From an uncultured Candidatus Rokubacteria bacterium (GTDB lineage Bacteria; Methylomirabilota; Methylomirabilia; Rokubacteriales; DASRDR01): a DNA stretch of 64,000 nucleotides. Position 1 is the first letter of the stretch. Each line of letters starts with the position of its first letter. A model generated the notes under the pieces. The model was not told the origin of the DNA. It ran no database searches and saw only the letters and a program-made list of their open reading frames with translations. The stretch lies in NCBI GenBank assembly GCA_963805625.1, contig CAWDVE010000011.1, positions 64,001 through 128,000 of the forward strand. Reading direction: 5' to 3'. Shown here in pieces: positions 10,214 through 21,874 of the stretch. The translations under genes were made by a program, and so were the position numbers.

Positions 10214-10266
10214 CGTGGCCAGGCTAGCAGCGGCGCCCCTCCGGCGAGGTCCGCAACCTTCGGAAC

Positions 10267-10528
10267 ACAGTCCCGAGATCAGCCACGCGCACGGGGCGGG
10301 ACCGGAGACGATTCGCCGATGGATCCGGACAGGCAGCTCCGCGCCCGGAAGATCGGCACCCAGCATGTCGTGGAAGAGCGCGATCTGGCGGTGCTGCTGG
10401 ACTGCAACTCGCTTCCGCTCCCGAGGGCCTGGACGATCACGAGCACCCGTGAACCGATGCCGAACGTCCTGGACGTCCTGGGTCGGTCGCGCAGCGCTGA
10501 CGTCGTACGCCCGGGCAAGGTATCCTAG
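10267..10528 (+). pseudogene. Degraded excisionase-type HTH (HTH_17) antitoxin-like gene
   Basis: Across frames reads TVP....TGR.PETIRRWIRTG/QLRARKIGTQHVVEERDL...LPLPRAW..TST.EPMPN; no start codon, no partner toxin. Confidence 0.65.
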
Positions 10529-10533
10529 GAACC

Positions 10534-13387
10534 ATGCTGCTTCGGCTGACCATCGACGCTCGGCCGGTGGAGGTGCCCGAGGGCGCCACGGTGCTCGACG
10601 CCGTGAACCGCCTCGGGATCGCCCTCCCCCAGCTCTGCAAGGATCCCGACCGGGCGCCGCTCGGCGCCTGCCGCACGTGCCTGGTGGAGGTCGAGGGCCA
10701 GCGCGGCTTCCCCGCCTCCTGCCACCTTCCGGCCCGCGACGGGATGACGGTGCGCACGGACACGCCCGGCGTGACGCGGCTCCGGCGGGGCGTCCTCGAT
10801 CTCACGCGCTCCATGCTCGACGGCGGGCGACGGGCGCGACGGCTTCGGCCAGCTCGGCGAGGCGGCGGCGCGCCACGGGCTCGCGGCGCCGACCTGGGCG
10901 CCCCTGCACCGGCACGCCGTCGACGACTCGAAGTCGTTCTTCGTCCTCGACCGCGAGGCCTGCATCCTCTGCGGGCGCTGCACGACCGCCTGCGACGACG
11001 TCCAGCGGATCGGGGCGATCAGCCTCGTGGGCCGGGGCCACGCCGAGCGGGTCGGCGTCTTCGGCGACGGCCTCATGGCGTCGTCGATCTGCACGTCCTG
11101 CGGCCAGTGCGTCGCCACCTGCCCCACCGGCGCGCTCCGCCCGAAGGAGGCGCCGGCCCGGATCGAGCGGCGCGTCGAGACCACCTGCCCCTACTGCGGC
11201 GTCGGCTGCGGCATCGTCAACGCGGTGCGGGACGACGGGCGGCTCGCCGTGATGGCCGACGACGTGCCGGCGAATCGCTCGAGCGAGGGCATGCTCTGCG
11301 TGAAGGGCCGGTTCGGGACGGGCTTCCTCCACGCGAAGGACCGCGTCGTCCGCCCGATGGTCCGGCGGGACGGCCGCTGGGAGCCGGTCTCCTGGGACGA
11401 GGCCCTCGACGCCGCCGCGGCCGGGCTCGCGCGCCACCGCGGGCGCTTCGGGGCGCTCGCCTCGGCCAAGGCGACCAACGAGGACGGCTACCTCATCCAG
11501 AAGCTCTGCCGCGCGTGATGGGCACGAACAACGTCGACCACTGCACGCGCCTCTGCCACTCGCCCTCGGTCGAGGCGATGCTCACGTCGATGGGCTCGGC
11601 GCCACCTCGAACTCGTACGTCGACTACGAGGAGGCCGGCTGCCTCATGATCGTGGGGGCGGACGCGAGCGCGAACCACCCGGTGATCGCGATCCGGCTTC
11701 CGCCGCGCCGACGCGCGCGGGGCGCGGATCGTCGTGGTCAATCCCAAGCGGATCGAGCTCTGCGACTACGCCCACGTCTGGATCCGCCAGCGCCCGGGGA
11801 CCGACGTCGCCCTCTTCAACGCGATGGCGCGGGTGATCCTGGCCGACGGCCTCTGGGACGACGGCTTCGTGCGGGCGCGCACCGAGGGGTTCGACGCCTG
11901 GCGGGCCGCGGTCGAGCCCTACACGCCGGAGCACGCCGAGGCGATCACCGGCGTGCCGGCCGCCGACATCGTCCAGGCCGCCCGCTGGTACGCGCGGCCG
12001 CCCTACGCCGGGTCCTGCCTCATCTGGGGCATGGGCATCACGCAGCACACGAACGGGACCGCGAACGCCCACGCGCTCCTGAACCTGGCGCTCGTCGCCG
12101 GCCAGCTCGGGAAGCCGGGCAACGGCGATCTCGCCGCTCCGCGGCCAGAACAACGTCCAGGGCTGCGGCGACGCGGGGTGCATCCCGACGAACCTCCCGG
12201 GTTACCAGAGCTACGACGCGCGCGACGCTCGCGAAGTTCGAGCGCGCCTGGGGCGTCCGGCCGCCGGCCGAGCCCGGCCTCGTCGTGACGGACATGGTCG
12301 AGGGCTGTCTCGACGGGCGGATCCGCGCGATGTACGTCGTCGGCGAGAACCCCCTCCTGTCGGAGCCCGACCTCCACCACGCGCAGAAGGCCCTCGCCCA
12401 GCTCGACTTCCTCGTCGTCCAGGACCTCTTCCTCCACGAGACGGCGGAGCTCGCCCACGTCTTCCTCCCGGCGGCCGGGTTCGCCGAGAAGGAAGGCACG
12501 TTCACGAACTCCGAGCGGCGGGTCCAGCGCGTGCGGCGGGTGCTCGCCCCGGCCGGGGACGCGCGCCCGGACTGGTGGATCACGGCCGAGCTCGCGAAGC
12601 GCGTCGCGCGGCGGCTCGGCCTCCCCGCGCAGGGCTTCGACTACCCGGACGCCGCGGCGGTGTGGGACGAGATGGCGGGGCTCGTGCCGTTCCTCGCGCG
12701 GGATCTCGCACGCGCGGCTCGACCGGGAGGGCGGGCTCCAGTGGCCGTGCCCGGCGCCGGACCACCCGGGCACCCGCGTACCTCTACGCGGAGAGCTTCT
12801 CGCGCGGCCTCGGGAAGTTCGTGCCGGTCACCCAGGGCGCGGCGGCCGCCGAGCTGCCGGACCCGGACTACCCGTTCGTCCTCAACACCGGGCGGCTCCT
12901 CTACCACTGGCACGGCGGCACGATCACCCGGCGCGTGCCGGGGCTCCTCGAGCTCGAGCCGAGGCTCCGCGTCGCGATCCACCCGCTCGACGCGCGGCGG
13001 CTCCGGCTCCACGACGGCGACCCGGTGCGGGTCACGTCCCGTCGCGGCGAGCTGGAAGGCTACGCGCGCCTCACCGACGACGTGCGGCCGGGCGCGGTCT
13101 TCGTGCCCTTCGTCAAGCTCGCCGAGTCGGCGGCGAACTTCCTGACGAACTCCGCCCACGACCCCACCTCGAAGATCCCCGAGTACAAGGTCTGCGCCGT
13201 CCGCGTCGAGCCCGTGCATGCCGACGCGGACACCCGATCCGCCGCGACCAGCGCGCCCAGGCGCCTGACCGCCGCGCCCCCGGCGCCACGGCCCGGCGCT
13301 CCGCTCACGACTGCCGCGCTCGCGGCCGATCGATCGGGGCTCAGAGCGGGCGGGCGAAGGAGAGCTCGTGCCCGTCCGGGTCCGTGA
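10534..13387 (+). CDS. fdhF: Formate dehydrogenase alpha subunit (Mo/W-bisPGD; N-terminal 2Fe-2S and 2x4Fe-4S domains), broken by about 8 single-base frameshifts
   Basis: GACRTC, CILCGRC, CTSCGQCVATCPTG, CPYCGVGC, NNVDHCTRLCH (Cys ligand), LRGQNNVQG, EKEGTFTNSERRVQ, LNTGR, KIPEYKVCAV; shifts near 10830, 11515, 11598, 11700, 12128, 12222, 12698, 12776. Confidence 0.88.
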
Positions 13388-13703
13388 GGTGGAAGTAGCG
13401 CTCGCCCCATTCGGCATCTCGTGGCGAGGCTTCAGGAGCGAGCCCCGCCGCGCGAGCGCGGGCATGGAGTGCGTCCACGTCGTCGACGTGGATGATCACC
13501 CGGCCCCACCAGCTCCAACGGGCCTCCGGCGGCGCCGCAATGAGGTTGAGATAGCCGTCGCCGACGACGAAGGACGTGAACTCCACCGTCTCCCCGCCGC
13601 TCGCCAGGTCGAAGCCGAGCGCACGATAGAAGCGAACGGCGCGCGCCATGTCCCGGGTGGCGAGGGTGACGGCGCTGATCGAGCGGAAGCGCGGGCGGTC
13701 CAC
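13341..13703 (-). CDS. VOC/glyoxalase family protein
   Basis: ISAVTLATRDMARAVRFY, WWGRVIIHVDDVD, WGERYFHLTDPDGHELSF. Confidence 0.9.
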   Translation of the reverse strand: MDRPRFRSISAVTLATRDMARAVRFYRALGFDLASGGETVEFTSFVVGDGYLNLIAAPPEARWSWWGRVIIHVDDVDALHARARAAGLAPEASPRDAEWGERYFHLTDPDGHELSFARPL

Positions 13704-13817
13704 GCGGCATTGTAGCCTCGAGCGAGGCCGACGCGGGCCAGCCACACCGGGCGAATTGAGCTAGGATTGGGCCGCTGACTCCTCGTTCAAACGAACCCGT
13801 CTCCGGAGGGAGGGACC

Positions 13818-14066
13818 ATGGGCCTCATCGTGACCCTGATCATCGGGGGAGTGATCGGATGGCTGGCCAGCCTTCTCATGAAGACTGGCGCCCAGATGGG
13901 CCTCATCGCCAATATCGTCGTCGGGATCATCGGCGCCGTGCTCGGGTTTTGGTTGGCAGGAGCGCTCGGGATCGTGGCGGTGGGCTCGGTGGGCGCCTGG
14001 ATAATCAGCATCTTCGGCGCCGTGGTGCTGCTCGCCATCCTCAAGGCGTTGAACATCTACAAGTAG
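13818..14066 (+). CDS. GlsB/YeaQ/YmgE (transglycosylase-associated) membrane protein
   Basis: GGAGG RBS; IIGGVIGWLAS, NIVVGIIGA, GAVVLL. Confidence 0.92.
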   Translation: MGLIVTLIIGGVIGWLASLLMKTGAQMGLIANIVVGIIGAVLGFWLAGALGIVAVGSVGAWIISIFGAVVLLAILKALNIYK

Positions 14067-14252
14067 CCCTCCGTCGGCGCGCGATCCCCGGGGTCGACCG
14101 GCCCATGAGCGCATCCTGGGCTCGCTGGGCCGTGGCCTGCTTCTCGGCGGTGTACGCGCACGTCAGCCGCCGCGCTCGCCTCCTGTGCCGAACCCCGCCG
14201 CCACCGGCTCCCGCGCGCTTCAGTCCCGGGGCGATCCGGACCCGTGGCCTGA

Positions 14253-14837
<585 letters not shown>

Positions 14838-14862
14838 GCCGATGCCGAAAGGAGATTCGACG

Positions 14863-16368
<1,506 letters not shown>

Positions 16369-16390
16369 GACCGACGCTCGCGGCTCGGCC

Positions 16391-16430
16391 CTCAGGCCGC
16401 CGGAGGATCCCTCCCCTCCGGCGGCCTGAG
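16391..16430. terminator. 16-bp perfect hairpin between convergent amtB and DUF456 genes (probable bidirectional terminator)
   Basis: CTCAGGCCGCCGGAGG-8nt-CCTCCGGCGGCCTGAG; no strong U-tract. Confidence 0.6.
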
Positions 16431-16435
16431 CCGTT

Positions 16436-16930
16436 CTACCCCAGGTAGGCAACGACGAAGATGGCAACCATCGCCAGAACGAGGGCGAGCCGGCCCGCGG
16501 TCCCGAGCAGGAGACCCAGCCAGGCCCCGAGTCCCGCGCGACCGGCCTGCCTCACGTCCCGCCGCGCCATCAGCTCCGCCGCGAACGCGCCGAGGAATGG
16601 GCCGGCCAGAAGCCCCGCGAGGCCGAAGAAAAGTCCGACGACGATGCCCGCCAGTGCGCCGAGGACACCCCACCAGCTCGTCCCGAAGCGCCGGGCCCCG
16701 ACCGCGGTCGCGACGAAGTCCAGCGCGTACGCGGCCAGTGTGAGGACGGCCAGGACGGCGAGGGTCCCCGGACCCACCCGCGCGAACCCGTCGATCCACG
16801 CCGCGAGGACCAGCCCGGCGAGCACCAGGATGGCGCCGGGCAGAGCCGGCAGCACGGTGCCGACGAGGCCAACGAGGACCAGTCCGAGCGCCACGACCCA
16901 GAGGACGAGGGCTCCGGCCGACCCGTCCAT
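16436..16930 (-). CDS. DUF456 (YqgC-like) membrane protein
   Basis: GTVLPALPG, GARRFGTS, GPFLGAFAAEL. Confidence 0.88.
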   Translation of the reverse strand: MDGSAGALVLWVVALGLVLVGLVGTVLPALPGAILVLAGLVLAAWIDGFARVGPGTLAVLAVLTLAAYALDFVATAVGARRFGTSWWGVLGALAGIVVGLFFGLAGLLAGPFLGAFAAELMARRDVRQAGRAGLGAWLGLLLGTAGRLALVLAMVAIFVVAYLG

Positions 16931-16940
16931 GTCGGGGAGC

Positions 16941-17798
16941 TCAGCCCCGGAGCGGGGTGACGACCTCCTGCCAGAGGCGGCGGACGCCGGCGGCGCTATA
17001 GGGAATCGGACACGTGTAGATGAGGTGGGTCGCCCCCGCCGCGACGAACTCGCGCGAGAGGGCCACCAGCGCGACCGCGCCGTTCTGGAGGGCGTCCGCC
17101 CCGAACTGGATGGAGCGCTCCACGGCCGCCGGGGCGCGGCCAGCCTCCCGGCAGAAACCGTCGAGGAGCTCCGAGAGGCGCCGGAACTCCGCGGGCGTGC
17201 CCTTGGACATGTTCCATTCCTGGGCGTGCCGCGCGACGATCCGGAGGCCGACCTTCTCCCCGCTGGTCCCGATGACGAGGGGCGGATGCGGCCGCTGGAC
17301 CGGCTTCGGCTCGTGGAAGGCCTCCCGCACCTGGTAGTAGGTGCCCTCGACGGTGGTGCGCGGCTCGGTCCAGAGCGCCCGCAGGATCTGGCAGGCCTCC
17401 TCGAGTCGGCGCATGCGCTCGCCGAGCGGCGGAAGCGGGAGCCCGTACTGGCGGTGCTCGTCCTCGTGCCAGCCCGCGCCCAGGCCGACCTCGACGCGTC
17501 CGTGCGACACCACGTCCACCGTGGTCGCGATCTTCGCGAGGACGGCGGGATGGCGGAACGTGTTCGCCGTCACCATGAGGCCGCCTCGGATCCGCCGCGC
17601 CTCGACCAGGAGCGCGGTGAGGATGGTCCACCCCTCGTCCTCGGATTTCGAGTGGTCGTTCTGGTTGAGGAGGTGGTCGTGGGCCCAGGCGGTGTCGAAC
17701 CCGAGGCGGTCGGCCTCGAGCCACGCGTCGCGGATCTCCGCGTAGGTCCCGCTCATCTGGGCGACCTTCAATCCGAACCGGAGGCGTCGTGGGGACAC
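16941..17798 (-). CDS. LLM-class (possibly F420-dependent) oxidoreductase
   Basis: AGGAG RBS + GTG; GFDTAWAHDH, NTFRHPAVLAK, GLGAGW, PKPVQRPHPP. Confidence 0.9.
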   Translation of the reverse strand: MSPRRLRFGLKVAQMSGTYAEIRDAWLEADRLGFDTAWAHDHLLNQNDHSKSEDEGWTILTALLVEARRIRGGLMVTANTFRHPAVLAKIATTVDVVSHGRVEVGLGAGWHEDEHRQYGLPLPPLGERMRRLEEACQILRALWTEPRTTVEGTYYQVREAFHEPKPVQRPHPPLVIGTSGEKVGLRIVARHAQEWNMSKGTPAEFRRLSELLDGFCREAGRAPAAVERSIQFGADALQNGAVALVALSREFVAAGATHLIYTCPIPYSAAGVRRLWQEVVTPLRG

Positions 17799-17824
17799 GG
17801 TCGGTCTCCTTTGCGCGGCACCGT

Positions 17825-18619
17825 TCAGGCGCGCGTGATCTGCGAGAGCCCCGGCAGGCGGCCGAGGAAGTTGCCGGTGACGCCACCGTCGACGACCAGG
17901 TCGTGGCCGTTGACGTAGCGGGCATCGGACGAGAGCAGGAATGCGATGGCCGCCGCCATGTCGTCGGGCGTGGCCACGCGTCCGAGCGGCACGAGGGCGT
18001 CCCGCTCGGCGGCGACGCGGGCGTCGGCGTAGATGCGCGCGGTCATCCCGGTGCGTGTCATGCCGGGCGAGACCGCGTTGACGCGGATGCCGTCGGGGCC
18101 GAGCTCCTGTGCGAGGACGCGGACCAGCATGATGACGGCCGCCTTGCTCGGGCCGTAGGCGCCCAGGCCCGCGTGGGCGTGGGTGCCCGACATGGAGCCC
18201 ACCGCCACGATGGCGCCGCCCGAGGCGCGGAGGGCGGGATGCGCCGCCTTCGCGAGAAGCCACGTCGCCCGCGTGTTCACCGCGAAGAGCCGGTCCCAGT
18301 CCTCGACCGTGTACTCGACGAGGGGCCCGGCGCGATTGATGCCGGCGTTGCTGACGAGCCCGTCGAGGCCACCGAAGCGCCGGACCGCCTCGCCCACGGC
18401 CCGCCCGGGCGCGTCCGGCGTCCCCATGTCGCCGTGGATGGGGAGCGCGTCGGCGCCGAGCTCTCGGAGCTCGGCCACCAGACCGTCCAGCTGGGCCGGC
18501 GGCACGACGTCCACCGCCGCCACCCGGGCGGCCCGGCCGGCCAGCTTCGCGTCCCGGGCGAGCCGGACACACGTGGCGCGGCCGATCCCGCTCGCCGCTC
18601 CCGTCACGAGAACACGCAT
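17825..18619 (-). CDS. SDR family oxidoreductase
   Basis: TGAASGIG, SNAG, YGPSK, IRVNAVSPG. Confidence 0.92.
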   Translation of the reverse strand: MRVLVTGAASGIGRATCVRLARDAKLAGRAARVAAVDVVPPAQLDGLVAELRELGADALPIHGDMGTPDAPGRAVGEAVRRFGGLDGLVSNAGINRAGPLVEYTVEDWDRLFAVNTRATWLLAKAAHPALRASGGAIVAVGSMSGTHAHAGLGAYGPSKAAVIMLVRVLAQELGPDGIRVNAVSPGMTRTGMTARIYADARVAAERDALVPLGRVATPDDMAAAIAFLLSSDARYVNGHDLVVDGGVTGNFLGRLPGLSQITRA

Positions 18620-18662
18620 GAGGTCTCCTTTCCGCCCTGCCGGCCCGAGCAGCTCACGATCG

Positions 18663-19487
18663 TCAGTCGAGCCAGGTCAGGATGGCAGCCGCCAGGGCGC
18701 GCGGGGCGTCGAAGGTCACGTGGTGGTGGGCTCCGGGGATCTCCTCCAGCGCGGCCGAGGGCAGGTCCTTGACCATGCGGCGGGCGATGTCCCGATCGAG
18801 GATCGTGCTGTGCTCACCCCGCACGACGAGCGTCGGCGCAACGATACGCGGGAGGAGCGCCCAGCAGTCGACCGGCATCCGCGTGCGCTCGCACGCCGGA
18901 TCGAAGCGGTAGCGCCACCGCCCCGACGGGAGCCGCACGAGGCCATGGCGGGCGATGGTCCGCAAGAGCGCCGGCGTGGCCGTCGTCTCCGGCGGACGGA
19001 GCCGGAAGCGGACCAGCGCGGCCGCCAGGCTCGGGAACTCGGTCTGGGGGCGAGGCGCCCGACGCTGGAGCGCCCGGAGACGCTCGTAGTTGACGTGGGG
19101 ACGCGCGTCGACGACGACCAGTCGCGCGAGCCGGTCCGGGTGCCAGGCGGCGAACGCCATGGCGTTGTGGCCCCCCATGGAGTGGCCGGCGACGACGACG
19201 TTTTCCAGACCGAGCCCTGCGATCACCCCGGCGAGCTCGGCGGCGAAGTCCTCGCTCCGGTACGCCGGGGGCCTCGGCCACGCGCTCCGCCCGTGCCCCC
19301 GCCAGTCGAGGGCCAGCACGCGAAGGCGCCGCGAGAGGTGAGGCGCTACCGGGTCCCACCAGTGGGCATGGGCAGCGGCACCGTGGAGTGCCAGGAGCGG
19401 CCGGCCGTCACCGCCCCAGTCGCGATAACGAAGCCGCAGGCCGTGGACGGTGACGAAGCGGTCGCGGGGGCGCCGGGGGCCGGGCAT
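18663..19487 (-). CDS. Alpha/beta hydrolase
   Basis: LHG, DWRGHG, GHSMGG, GAHHHV. Confidence 0.9.
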   Translation of the reverse strand: MPGPRRPRDRFVTVHGLRLRYRDWGGDGRPLLALHGAAAHAHWWDPVAPHLSRRLRVLALDWRGHGRSAWPRPPAYRSEDFAAELAGVIAGLGLENVVVAGHSMGGHNAMAFAAWHPDRLARLVVVDARPHVNYERLRALQRRAPRPQTEFPSLAAALVRFRLRPPETTATPALLRTIARHGLVRLPSGRWRYRFDPACERTRMPVDCWALLPRIVAPTLVVRGEHSTILDRDIARRMVKDLPSAALEEIPGAHHHVTFDAPRALAAAILTWLD

Positions 19488-19560
19488 CCCCGGATTATGC
19501 CGCGAGATGCGACCGGCGGCGCGGAGCCTCTGACGTCAGCGGCACCCGCGTGGCCGCCAG

Positions 19561-19757
19561 TCAGCGCAGGATGGAGTACTCGACGTGCCACTCGAACGGA
19601 TCGTCGCCGTTCTGGTCGCGGAAGCGCACCAGGAGCTCCCGGTCCCGGGCAAGGTCGACGGTGATCCGCTGGAGGTGATGGTCCCCGTTGGCGCCCAGGC
19701 GAGCAAGGCCAGCGCCGCCGCACGGGCGGCCAGGCCGTCCCGGCCCCGGGCGCTCAT
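19561..19757 (-). pseudogene. Internally deleted secreted-protein remnant
   Basis: Signal-like MSARGRDGLAARAAALALLA joined out of frame to protein-like tail GANGDHHLQRITVDLARDRELLVRFRDQNGDDPFEWHVEYSILR*. Confidence 0.45.
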
Positions 19758-19890
19758 CTGCGGACGGCCATGAGTCGATCCGTGAGCATGTGGACGTCGG
19801 GGTAGTGCCACAGCTTAGCCCGAGACGCGACTTGATGTCAGCCGCGGGCGCGCTGTCGTGCGGGGCCTCGACCGAGGCCCCTCATCCGCA

Positions 19891-20157
19891 TCAGCCGTAT
19901 CCTCCGCCGCACGCCGGACACACGGGTGGTACGGGCCGCCGGGAGACAAGGCCGCAGAGGTCGCAGAGGGCGACCTCTTCCGGACCCCCACCGGCCAAGG
20001 GCGGAGCCACGACATCCCGGAAGGTCGACGGCGAGACGGGGGCCTCGGCCGCCGCCGTCGGCACGAAGGCCGGCGCTTGGCTTCCGGGCGCCGTGGCGCT
20101 GTCGGGCCCGACCTCTCGCGGCCCGGCGCCGTCCTGCCCCGTGCGGGTCGAGTTCAC
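19891..20157 (-). CDS. Small hypothetical protein with C-terminal zinc-ribbon/rubredoxin-like CxxC..CxxC
   Basis: CDLCG...PPVCPACGG; GGAGG RBS within the upstream gene end. Confidence 0.6.
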   Translation of the reverse strand: MNSTRTGQDGAGPREVGPDSATAPGSQAPAFVPTAAAEAPVSPSTFRDVVAPPLAGGGPEEVALCDLCGLVSRRPVPPVCPACGGGYG

Positions 20158-20162
20158 GCGGG

Positions 20163-20471
20163 CTACGCGACCTCCTCGAGCACGAGCGCCTCATTCTCGG
20201 CTGGCTCGGCCCGCGCGTCGTTAACGCGCGACCACACACGGTAGAGCTCGCCGACCGCCTCCCGCCAGCGCACGAGAGTGACGTCCGCCTCGCAGAGGGC
20301 AGCGTAGAGCGTCCCGACCTCGCGCTCCGCGCGCTCCAGCGCCTCGTGCCACTCGGGGTTCTGCGCGGCCAGGCGCTCGACGCTGCCCGGCCGGTAGCCG
20401 CGCCCCACGGCCCGCGTGACGGCCTCGAGGTCACCGCTCGCCATCGTCTCCAGCAATCCTGTTCGTCTCAT
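20163..20471 (-). CDS. Small helical hypothetical protein
   Basis: Strong AAGGAGG RBS; protein-like composition; downstream of a sigma-54 motif. Confidence 0.75.
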   Translation of the reverse strand: MRRTGLLETMASGDLEAVTRAVGRGYRPGSVERLAAQNPEWHEALERAEREVGTLYAALCEADVTLVRWREAVGELYRVWSRVNDARAEPAENEALVLEEVA

Positions 20472-20583
20472 CGGTTGCCTCCTTCCCTCACTTACTGCGC
20501 TTGCCCTGCTCCCATCCTCCGTTCTCAGCGTTGGATGGTAACATCTGTTTAGTATCGCGGCAATCCGCTACATCTTGTAGACA

Positions 20584-20599
20584 AGCAATCGCGATGCCA
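20584..20599 (-). promoter_or_regulatory. Sigma-54 (-24/-12) promoter
   Basis: Minus strand TGGCAT-CGCGA-TTGCT (GG-N10-GC) in an AT-enriched intergenic patch. Confidence 0.75.
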
Positions 20600-20662
20600 C
20601 GACTGAATGTACTGGAGCCGGTTTCACCCGCGCGGTGGTCGTCGTCGTACCCTTGTGGGGCC

Positions 20663-21874
20663 ATGGCGCCCACCCCCACGTCGACCGTCTGGCTCGTCTT
20701 CGCGGCCAAGGCGGTGCGCACCTTCTGCTACGGCTATCTCGGGATCCTCCTCCCGCTCCACCTCGCCGCCCTGGGCCTCGGCGCCGGCGGAATCGGGGTG
20801 GCCGTGACGCTGACGCTCGGCGCCAGCGCGCTCCTTACCCTGCTGATCCGGCGCCCGGCCGAGCGCCGCGGGGGCCGCGCCGTCCTTGTCGCGCTCGCGT
20901 GCCTCGTCATGGGAGCGGGGGTGCTCCTCGCGACGGCGCGTGCGCCCGCGCTGGTCGTGCTGGCCGCGATGCTCGGCAACGTGGCCGTCAGCACGGGAGA
21001 GACGGGGCCGTTCCTGTCGATCGAGCAGGTGCTGGTGGCACGGGCCGCCGCCGGGCGCGATCTCACGCTCCGGATGAGCCTCTACAACCTCGTCGGCTAC
21101 GTCGCCTCCGGGCTTGGCGCGCTGGCCGTCGCCGCCTTGCCAGGCGGGGGACACGCGGACGGCGCGGGCCCCGCAGGGTACGGCATCCTCTTCTGGCTCT
21201 TCGCGGTCTCGGGCGGCGTCCAGGCCCTCCTCTACGCGCGACTGCCGGACATCCCCGTACGGCCGCCCGTGGCCGGCGCCCAGCGCTTCCCGTCGCGCCG
21301 CCTCGTCTACCGCATCGCCGCGCTCTTTGCGCTCGACTCGTTCGCGGGCGGCTTCGTCCTCCAGAGCCTCCTGGTCTACTGGCTCTACGCGCACTTCGCG
21401 CTCACTCCGGCCGGCATCGGCACCGTGTTTTCCGCGGCCCAACTGCTCACGGCCTGCTCGGTCCTGCTCGCGGTCCGGGCCTCGCACTGGTTCGGGCTCG
21501 TGAACACGATGGTGTTCTCCCACCTCGCCTCGAACGTCCTCCTGGTCGCCATGGGGCTCGCGCCGACGGCGGGCCTGGCGGTGGCGCTCCTGCTCCTGCG
21601 GGCGCTGCTCTCGCAGATGGACGTCCCCACCCGCCAGGCGTTCCTGATGCTGGTCGTGCACGATGACGAGCGGGAGGCGACGGCGACCGTGACCAACGCG
21701 GGCCGGACCGTGGCGCAGGCGGTGAGCCCGGCGCTGACCGGCTACGTCATGCAGGCGGTGTCGCTGTCCGCGCCCTTCGTCCTCGGGGGCGTGCTGAAGA
21801 TCGTGTACGACCTCCTGCTCTACCAGACTTGCCAGCGGGTGGTGCCGGTCAGCGCGCGCGAGCGCGCGGGCTGA
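20663..21874 (+). CDS. MFS transporter
   Basis: About 12 TM; GPFLSIEQ, LFALDSFAGGF, GLVNTMVFSHL, LSQMDVPTRQ, LKIVYDLLL. Confidence 0.9.
   Translation: MAPTPTSTVWLVFAAKAVRTFCYGYLGILLPLHLAALGLGAGGIGVAVTLTLGASALLTLLIRRPAERRGGRAVLVALACLVMGAGVLLATARAPALVVLAAMLGNVAVSTGETGPFLSIEQVLVARAAAGRDLTLRMSLYNLVGYVASGLGALAVAALPGGGHADGAGPAGYGILFWLFAVSGGVQALLYARLPDIPVRPPVAGAQRFPSRRLVYRIAALFALDSFAGGFVLQSLLVYWLYAHFALTPAGIGTVFSAAQLLTACSVLLAVRASHWFGLVNTMVFSHLASNVLLVAMGLAPTAGLAVALLLLRALLSQMDVPTRQAFLMLVVHDDEREATATVTNAGRTVAQAVSPALTGYVMQAVSLSAPFVLGGVLKIVYDLLLYQTCQRVVPVSARERAG

Noticed and set aside
11516-11518. TGA near the FDH active site as possible selenocysteine
   Set aside because: It is an out-of-frame stop created by a 1-nt deletion; the ligand codon is TGC in CTRLCH.
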